From positions 42,258 through 106,257 of the forward strand of contig NZ_JAMWYY010000002.1 of assembly GCF_024305175.1 (NCBI RefSeq): a stretch of 64,000 nt of DNA, read 5' to 3'. Below, piece after piece: positions 58,388-64,000 of the stretch. Every line of letters starts with the position of its first letter. Position 1 is the stretch's first letter. Below the pieces are notes generated by a model. It had not been told where the DNA came from, searched no databases, and saw only the letters and a program-made list of their open reading frames with translations. The stretch is from Flavobacterium sp. Lineage in GTDB: Bacteria > Bacteroidota > Bacteroidia > Flavobacteriales > Flavobacteriaceae. The position numbers and the translations under genes were made by a program.

Positions 58388-58657
58388 ATGGCTAAAGAAT
58401 CAATGAAAGCCCGTGAGGCAAAAAGAGAGAAGCTGGTAGCTAAGTATGCCGAGAAAAGGAAGGCTTTATTAGAAGCCGGAGATTATGAAGGTTTACAAAA
58501 ACTGCCTAAAAATGCTTCTCCGGTTCGCCTGCACAACCGTTGCAAGCTAACAGGAAGGCCAAGAGGGTATATGCGTCAATTCGGTATTTCACGTGTTACA
58601 TTCCGTGAAATGGCCAATAACGGATTGATACCGGGAGTTAAAAAGTCAAGTTGGTAA
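58388..58657 (+). CDS. rpsN: 30S ribosomal protein S14 (long, non-zinc-ribbon C- form)
   Basis: 89 aa with a single Cys and no CxxC pairs. Confidence 0.95.
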   Translation: MAKESMKAREAKREKLVAKYAEKRKALLEAGDYEGLQKLPKNASPVRLHNRCKLTGRPRGYMRQFGISRVTFREMANNGLIPGVKKSSW

Positions 58658-58679
58658 TTAAGATTAAAAGGAAAAACAA

Positions 58680-59078
58680 ATGTACACAGATCCTATAGCA
58701 GATTTTCTAACCAGGATTAGAAATGCAGTAAGGGCTAACCACAAAGTGGTTGAAATTCCTGCTTCTAACCTGAAAAAAGAAATCACAAAGATTTTATTCG
58801 ATCAGGGATATATCTTAAGTTACAAATTTGATGACAACTCTGTACAGGGTACAATCAAAATAGCCCTTAAGTATGATAAAGATACTAAAGAGCCGGTAAT
58901 AAAAGATATCCAGAGAATTAGTAAACCGGGTTTACGTAAATATGCAGGTTCATCTAACCTTCCAAGAATCCTTAACGGCCTTGGTATTGCTATTGTTTCT
59001 ACATCTAAAGGACTGATGACAGGAAAACAGGCAAAACAACTTAATGTTGGTGGTGAGGTAATTTGCTACGTATACTAA
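58680..59078 (+). CDS. rpsH: 30S ribosomal protein S8
   Basis: [13 protein letters not shown]... Confidence 0.97.
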   Translation: MYTDPIADFLTRIRNAVRANHKVVEIPASNLKKEITKILFDQGYILSYKFDDNSVQGTIKIALKYDKDTKEPVIKDIQRISKPGLRKYAGSSNLPRILNGLGIAIVSTSKGLMTGKQAKQLNVGGEVICYVY

Positions 59079-59097
59079 ATTAAAAGAGACTTATACA

Positions 59098-59640
59098 ATG
59101 TCAAGAATAGGTAAAAATCCAATTACAATACCATCCGGCGTAACTGTAGAGGTTAACGGAGATGTTGTTAAGGTAAAAGGTAAAAGGGGCGAACTTACCC
59201 AAAACTTTTCTGATGTTACCGTAAAGGTAGAAGATGGCAAGGTTTTAGTTGAAAGGTCGTCTGATGATAAAGAACAGCGATCTAAGCACGGTTTATACAG
59301 GGCGCTTATCAACAACATGATTGTTGGCGTTTCTGAAGGCTTTACAAAACAGCTTGAACTTGTGGGTGTAGGTTACAGGGCTTCTAACCAGGGTCAAAAA
59401 CTGGATATTGCGCTTGGTTTCTCTCACAACATAGTTCTTGATGTAGTGCCTGAAGTAACTGTAGAAACAGTATCTGAAAAAGGTAAAAACCCTATCATTA
59501 AACTAACTTCACACGACAAACAACTTGTAGGTCAGGTAGCGGCTAAAATCCGCTCTTTCCGCAAGCCTGAGCCTTACAAAGGTAAAGGTGTTAAGTTTGT
59601 TGGCGAAGTATTAAGAAGAAAAGCAGGTAAATCAGCTTAA
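59098..59640 (+). CDS. rplF: 50S ribosomal protein L6
   Basis: MSRIGKNPI... Confidence 0.97.
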   Translation: MSRIGKNPITIPSGVTVEVNGDVVKVKGKRGELTQNFSDVTVKVEDGKVLVERSSDDKEQRSKHGLYRALINNMIVGVSEGFTKQLELVGVGYRASNQGQKLDIALGFSHNIVLDVVPEVTVETVSEKGKNPIIKLTSHDKQLVGQVAAKIRSFRKPEPYKGKGVKFVGEVLRRKAGKSA

Positions 59641-59651
59641 AAATTAAGACT

Positions 59652-60002
59652 ATGTCATTAAACAAATCTGAAAGAAGACAAAGAATTAAGTTCAGGATCA
59701 GAAAGATTGTAAGCGGAACTGCTGCTAAGCCAAGGCTTTCTGTTTTCAGGAGCAATAAAGAGATCTATGCACAAATCATAGACGACGTAAACGGTGTAAC
59801 TTTGGCCTCTGCATCTTCAAGAGATAAAGGAGTTACTAAAGGTACTAACATCGAAACTGCTTCGGCTGTTGGCAAAATGATTGCCGAGAAAGCCCTACAG
59901 GCAGGTATAGAAACTGTTTCTTTTGACAGGGGCGGTTACCTTTACCACGGACGTGTTAAATCATTAGCTGAAGGCGCAAGGGAAGCCGGACTTAAATTCT
60001 AA
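59652..60002 (+). CDS. rplR: 50S ribosomal protein L18
   Basis: 116 aa; conserved order. Confidence 0.95.
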   Translation: MSLNKSERRQRIKFRIRKIVSGTAAKPRLSVFRSNKEIYAQIIDDVNGVTLASASSRDKGVTKGTNIETASAVGKMIAEKALQAGIETVSFDRGGYLYHGRVKSLAEGAREAGLKF

Positions 60003-60010
60003 AGTAAATT

Positions 60011-60535
60011 ATGTATCATAATTATAAAAACGTAGAAATAGTAAAACCAAGCGGGCTTGAGCTTAAAGACCGCCTGGTTGCTGTAAATCGTGTAACCAAA
60101 GTTACTAAAGGTGGTAGGGCTTTCGGCTTTTCTGCCATAGTAGTGGTGGGTGATGAAAACGGAGTGGTAGGCCACGGCCTTGGTAAATCTAAAGATGTAT
60201 CTGAAGCTATTGCTAAAGCAGTAGAGGATGCTAAGAAAAACCTTGTTCGTATACCGCTTGACAGCCAGACTGTGCCTCACGAGCAAAAAGGTAAATTTGG
60301 CGGTGCACGTGTACTGCTAATGCCTGCTTCTCACGGTACCGGAGTTATTGCCGGTGGTGCTGTTCGTTCAGTACTTGAGTCTGTTGGTATTCACGATGTA
60401 TTATCTAAATCGCAGGGTTCATCTAACCCTCACAATGTTGTAAAAGCTACTTTTGATGCTTTACTTCAAATGAGAAGCGCATCTACTGTTGCAAAACAAA
60501 GGGGCCTATCTCTTGATAAAGTATTTAAAGGTTAA
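60011..60535 (+). CDS. rpsE: 30S ribosomal protein S5
   Basis: [22 protein letters not shown]... Confidence 0.97.
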   Translation: MYHNYKNVEIVKPSGLELKDRLVAVNRVTKVTKGGRAFGFSAIVVVGDENGVVGHGLGKSKDVSEAIAKAVEDAKKNLVRIPLDSQTVPHEQKGKFGGARVLLMPASHGTGVIAGGAVRSVLESVGIHDVLSKSQGSSNPHNVVKATFDALLQMRSASTVAKQRGLSLDKVFKG

Positions 60536-60547
60536 TTCAGGGAAATC

Positions 60548-60730
60548 ATGGGAAAAATCAGAGTAAAACAAGTAAAGAGTAAAATCAACTGTCCGCAAAC
60601 ACAAAAGCTTACGCTTGAGTCTTTAGGCCTACGCAAGCTTGGACAGGTTGTTGAGCACGAAGCAACTCCTGCTATCCTTGGAATGGTAAACAAAGTTAAA
60701 CACCTGGTTTCTGTAGAGGAAACTAACTAA
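60548..60730 (+). CDS. rpmD: 50S ribosomal protein L30
   Basis: 60 aa; conserved order. Confidence 0.93.
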   Translation: MGKIRVKQVKSKINCPQTQKLTLESLGLRKLGQVVEHEATPAILGMVNKVKHLVSVEETN

Positions 60731-60741
60731 TAAATACAGAA

Positions 60742-61194
60742 ATGGATTTAAGTAACTTACAACCGGCAGAAGGTTCAGTTCACAACAAAAACAAAAGAGT
60801 AGGCAGGGGCGAAGGTTCAGGCAAAGGCGGTACTGCCGCACGTGGCCACAAAGGAGCTAAGTCTCGTTCTGGTTACTCTAAGAAAATTGGTTTTGAAGGT
60901 GGCCAGATGCCTTTACAAAGGCGTGTTCCTAAATTTGGTTTTAAAAACATAAACCGTAAGGAGTATGCAGGTGTTAACCTGGACACGCTTCAGGCTCTTG
61001 TAGATAATGGTGTAGTTACCGATACTGTAGATTTTGCAGTACTGGTTAACAACCGCCTTGCTACAAAAAATGAACAGGTAAAGATTTTAGGAAGAGGAGA
61101 GCTTAAAGCAAAACTAAAAGTAACTGCTCACAAATTTACTGCTACTGCTAAGGCTGCCATAGAGGCTGCAGGCGGAGAAGCTGTAAGTTTATAA
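60742..61194 (+). CDS. rplO: 50S ribosomal protein L15
   Basis: 150 aa. Contains GRGEGSGKGGTAARGHKG. Confidence 0.95.
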   Translation: MDLSNLQPAEGSVHNKNKRVGRGEGSGKGGTAARGHKGAKSRSGYSKKIGFEGGQMPLQRRVPKFGFKNINRKEYAGVNLDTLQALVDNGVVTDTVDFAVLVNNRLATKNEQVKILGRGELKAKLKVTAHKFTATAKAAIEAAGGEAVSL

Positions 61195-61207
61195 TCTTTA
61201 AACAGCA

Positions 61208-62551
61208 ATGAAGAAATTTTTCGAAGCGTTTGCCAATGTCTGGAAGATAGAGGAATTAAAAAACAGAATTTTAGTTACTCTGGGATTACTTCTTGTGTAC
61301 CGTTTTGGTGCACACGTAACCCTTCCTGGTATTGATGCTACAAAATTAAACAGCTTATCAGATCAGACCCAACAGGGTATTGGCTGGCTTATCGATGTAT
61401 TTACAGGTGGTGCGTTCTCGCAGGCATCTGTATTTGCATTGGGTATCATGCCTTATATTTCAGCCTCGATCGTGGTACAGCTTATGGGTATTGCAATACC
61501 TTACCTGCAAAAACTACAGAAAGAGGGCGAAAGCGGCAGGAAAAAGATAAACCAGATAACCCGTTGGCTTACCATTGTTATTACATTGGTACAGGGGCCT
61601 GGCTACATCTATAACCTTTACAGGACACTGCCTGCAGATGCATTCCTGTTACCGTCTGACTCTTTCCAGTTCCTTTTCTCTTCAGTAATCATCCTTACCA
61701 CAGGTACTATATTTGCTATGTGGCTGGGCGAAAAAATTACTGATAAGGGTATTGGTAACGGTATATCGCTGTTAATTTTAGTTGGTATTATTGCAAGGAT
61801 GCCTCAGGCATTTATACAGGAATTCTCTTCAGTAGTAACAGATAACCAGGGTGGGCCGCTTGTGCTTGTGCTGGAGGTTGTTGCATGGCTGTTGGTAATT
61901 ATAGTATGTATATTGCTTATTATGGCTGTCCGCAGAATTCCTGTACAGTATGCAAGGCGCACTGTAACCGGAGACTATGAGCAGGACGCAGCCGGAGGCA
62001 ACAGGCAATGGATACCGTTAAAGCTAAATGCTTCGGGAGTTATGCCAATCATATTTGCACAGGCTATTATGTTTATTCCTGCTGCTGTGGCAGGGTTATC
62101 CGAGTCTGACATGGCACAAACCGTTACGGCACAGTTTCAAAATGTGTTCGGTTTGGCCTACAATGTTGTTTTTGCTTTATTAATTATAATTTTTACGTAC
62201 TTTTACACCGCAATTACAGTACCTACCAATAAAATGGCCGATGACCTTAAGAGGAGCGGTGGTTTTATACCGGGCATCAGGCCGGGTGTAGAAACCGGAG
62301 ATTATCTTGACAAAATTATGTCATTAATCACTTTCCCTGGTTCATTATTCCTTGCGCTTATAGCCATACTTCCTGCTATTGCAGTTAGCTTTGGCGTTCA
62401 GTCACAATGGGCATTGTTTTATGGTGGTACTTCTCTGCTCATTATGGTAGGGGTTGCAATTGATACTATTCAGCAAATTAACTCATACCTGCTTAACAGG
62501 CACTATGATGGTTTAATGAAGAGTGGTAAGAATAGAAAAGCGGTAGCTTAA
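61208..62551 (+). CDS. secY: Preprotein translocase subunit SecY
   Basis: 447 aa, 10-TM protein in the conserved position. Confidence 0.97.
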   Translation: MKKFFEAFANVWKIEELKNRILVTLGLLLVYRFGAHVTLPGIDATKLNSLSDQTQQGIGWLIDVFTGGAFSQASVFALGIMPYISASIVVQLMGIAIPYLQKLQKEGESGRKKINQITRWLTIVITLVQGPGYIYNLYRTLPADAFLLPSDSFQFLFSSVIILTTGTIFAMWLGEKITDKGIGNGISLLILVGIIARMPQAFIQEFSSVVTDNQGGPLVLVLEVVAWLLVIIVCILLIMAVRRIPVQYARRTVTGDYEQDAAGGNRQWIPLKLNASGVMPIIFAQAIMFIPAAVAGLSESDMAQTVTAQFQNVFGLAYNVVFALLIIIFTYFYTAITVPTNKMADDLKRSGGFIPGIRPGVETGDYLDKIMSLITFPGSLFLALIAILPAIAVSFGVQSQWALFYGGTSLLIMVGVAIDTIQQINSYLLNRHYDGLMKSGKNRKAVA

Positions 62552-62559
62552 TAATTTTT

Positions 62560-62775
62560 ATGGCAAAACAAGCAGCAATAGAACAGGACGGATCAATAAT
62601 AGAGGCATTATCTAATGCTATGTTCCGTGTTGAATTAGAAAACGGGCACGTAGTGATAGCTCATATTTCAGGTAAGATGCGCATGCATTACATCAAATTA
62701 TTACCAGGTGATAAAGTGAAACTTGAAATGAGCCCTTACGATTTGTCTAAAGCAAGAATTACTTATAGATACTAA
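62560..62775 (+). CDS. infA: Translation initiation factor IF-1
   Basis: 71 aa with an S1-like fold. Contains [18 protein letters not shown]. Confidence 0.97.
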   Translation: MAKQAAIEQDGSIIEALSNAMFRVELENGHVVIAHISGKMRMHYIKLLPGDKVKLEMSPYDLSKARITYRY

Positions 62776-62787
62776 AGCTATATTAAA

Positions 62788-62904
62788 ATGAAAGTAAGAG
62801 CATCAGTAAAGAAAAGAAGTGCCGAATGCATAATAGTGCGCAGGAAAGGCAGATTATACGTTATTAACAAAAAGAATCCTAGATTTAAACAAAGACAAGG
62901 ATAA
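62788..62904 (+). CDS. rpmJ: 50S ribosomal protein L36 (C- form, zinc ligands lost)
   Basis: Below the ORF-track size cut-off. My translation is [38 protein letters not shown] (38 aa), and only one of the four canonical Zn ligands is retained. Confidence 0.9.
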
Positions 62905-62906
62905 TT

Positions 62907-63281
62907 ATGGCGAGAATTGCAGGGGTAGATGTACCCAAAAATAAAAGAGGAGTTATTGCTTTAACCTATATCTTCGGTGTTGGTAAGAGCAGGGCTAAAG
63001 AAATCCTGGCTAAAGCTCAGGTTAGCGAAGATAAAAAAGTTCAGGAATGGAACGATGATGATATCAGCGCAATCCGTGATGCTGTATCTTACTACAAGAT
63101 AGAAGGTGAGCTTCGTTCTGAAATATCGCTTAACATTAAACGTCTTATGGACATTGGATGTTACAGGGGTATACGCCACAGGGTTGGCCTGCCACTTAGG
63201 GGCCAGCGCACCAAAAACAACTCAAGGACTAGAAAAGGTAAGAGAAAAACTGTTGCTAACAAGAAAAAAGCAACTAAATAA
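62907..63281 (+). CDS. rpsM: 30S ribosomal protein S13
   Basis: MARIAGVD.P... Confidence 0.97.
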   Translation: MARIAGVDVPKNKRGVIALTYIFGVGKSRAKEILAKAQVSEDKKVQEWNDDDISAIRDAVSYYKIEGELRSEISLNIKRLMDIGCYRGIRHRVGLPLRGQRTKNNSRTRKGKRKTVANKKKATK

Positions 63282-63293
63282 TAAGAAGTAGTA

Positions 63294-63677
63294 ATGGCTA
63301 AAGCGAATACAAAAAAACGTAAAGTTGTTGTAGAATCTACAGGCGAGGCCCACGTTTCTTCAACTTTTAACAATATAATCATCTCTCTTACAAACAAGAA
63401 AGGTGAAGTTATTTCTTGGTCTTCTGCCGGTAAAATGGGCTTTAGAGGTTCTAAAAAGAACACTCCGTATGCTGCCCAGATGGCTGCTGAAGATTGTACA
63501 AAAGTTGCACTTGAAGCCGGCCTTAAAAAGGTTAAAGTTTACGTTAAAGGCCCGGGTAACGGACGTGAGTCTGCTATCAGGTCGCTACACAACGGAGGCA
63601 TTGAGGTTACTGAGATCATCGACGTAACTCCGCTACCACACAATGGTTGCCGTCCTCCAAAAAGAAGGAGAGTTTAA
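63294..63677 (+). CDS. rpsK: 30S ribosomal protein S11
   Basis: 127 aa; conserved order. Confidence 0.97.
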   Translation: MAKANTKKRKVVVESTGEAHVSSTFNNIIISLTNKKGEVISWSSAGKMGFRGSKKNTPYAAQMAAEDCTKVALEAGLKKVKVYVKGPGNGRESAIRSLHNGGIEVTEIIDVTPLPHNGCRPPKRRRV

Positions 63678-63699
63678 TTTTTATTTTATAGTATAACAC

Positions 63700-63752
63700 G
63701 AACAGGATACGGGGTATCGGAGGATGAGACCTGAATTCATAGCTCCCTGTTC
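63700..63752 (+). promoter_or_regulatory. Candidate structured rpsD leader (possible S4 autoregulatory element)
   Basis: The closing stem GAACAGG (63700-63706) / CCTGTTC (63746-63752) encloses two inner hairpins: GATAC-GGG-GTATC and GGAG...ATGA..TCAT...CTCC. It lies in the 89-nt rpsK-rpsD spacer, 14 nt before the rpsD ATG. Confidence 0.4.
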
Positions 63753-63766
63753 AATAATTTTTTAAA

Positions 63767-64000
63767 ATGGCAAGATATACTGGTCCAAAAACTAAGATCG
63801 CCCGTAAATTTGGAGAGGCGATATTCGGAGACGACAAGTCTTTCGAAAAAAGAAATTACCCTCCGGGACAACACGGAAACGCCAGAAGGCGTGGTAAAAA
63901 ATCTGAATATGCTGTACAGCTTATGGAAAAGCAAAAAGCTAAGTACACATACGGCATCCTTGAAAAACAATTCAGGAACCTGTATGAAAAAGCTGCTGCT
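63767..64000 (+). CDS. rpsD: 30S ribosomal protein S4, N-terminal 78 codons (continues beyond window end)
   Basis: My translation from ATG 63767 reads [21 protein letters not shown]...[42 protein letters not shown]. Confidence 0.93.
   Translation, partial: MARYTGPKTKIARKFGEAIFGDDKSFEKRNYPPGQHGNARRRGKKSEYAVQLMEKQKAKYTYGILEKQFRNLYEKAAA

Noticed and set aside
1-64000. Window-wide scan for CRISPR arrays, IS elements or transposases, integrases, prophage modules, long direct or inverted repeats, and rRNA genes.
   Set aside because: None found by eye. The only RNA gene is tRNA-Gln. The only large duplication is the tandem GT117-like gene pair, which has diverged to roughly 70% DNA identity in the stretch I compared.

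Overview
This 64 kb window looks like core chromosome of a Flavobacteriia-type (Bacteroidota) genome. Supporting signs are SusC/SusD genes, a T9SS C-terminal sorting domain, an alternative complex III (ACIII) operon, TTG-N19-TAnnTTTG promoters, and no Shine-Dalgarno sequences. All family assignments come from reading motifs in the supplied translations and in my own translations; no database search was run.

Gene content, left to right:
- polA (5' part, minus strand, cut by the window edge).
- A flavodoxin-like reductase, a membrane metallophosphoesterase, and a Cys-less thioredoxin-fold protein.
- A same-strand trio of two ~1090-aa DUF2723/GT117-like GT-C paralogues plus a CE4 deacetylase.
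- tRNA-Gln(UUG) and a tandem-USP protein.
- rimP-nusA-infB and a SPOR protein.
- The actABCDEF operon fused to cytochrome c oxidase subunits II and I.
- Small housekeeping genes: a GNAT, a DUF1287 protein and radC.
- A five-gene, translationally coupled operon. It is built around a MacB/FtsX-type ABC transporter whose periplasmic domain carries a 72-aa His/Asp/Glu insertion.
- rarA, a rhomboid protease and rlmB.
- A T9SS-secreted purple-acid-phosphatase-like protein.
- A SusC/SusD locus with two lipoproteins and no enzyme genes.
- An Omp85-like barrel protein.
- An uninterrupted str-S10-spc-alpha ribosomal block, rpsL to rpsD (the last gene is cut by the window end). It includes an rpmJ gene that is too short for the ORF track.

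I see no CRISPR array, transposase, integrase, phage module or recognisable defence system.

The best candidates for something under-described are:
1. The His-rich type VII ABC operon, a possible periplasmic metal-handling machine.
2. The GT117-GT117-CE4 cluster.
3. The recurrent His-rich extensions on ACIII and oxidase subunits.
4. Three structured RNA candidates: the rimP leader terminator, the rpsJ-rplC hairpin and the rpsD leader.

Most of the window is ordinary and well-understood biology.
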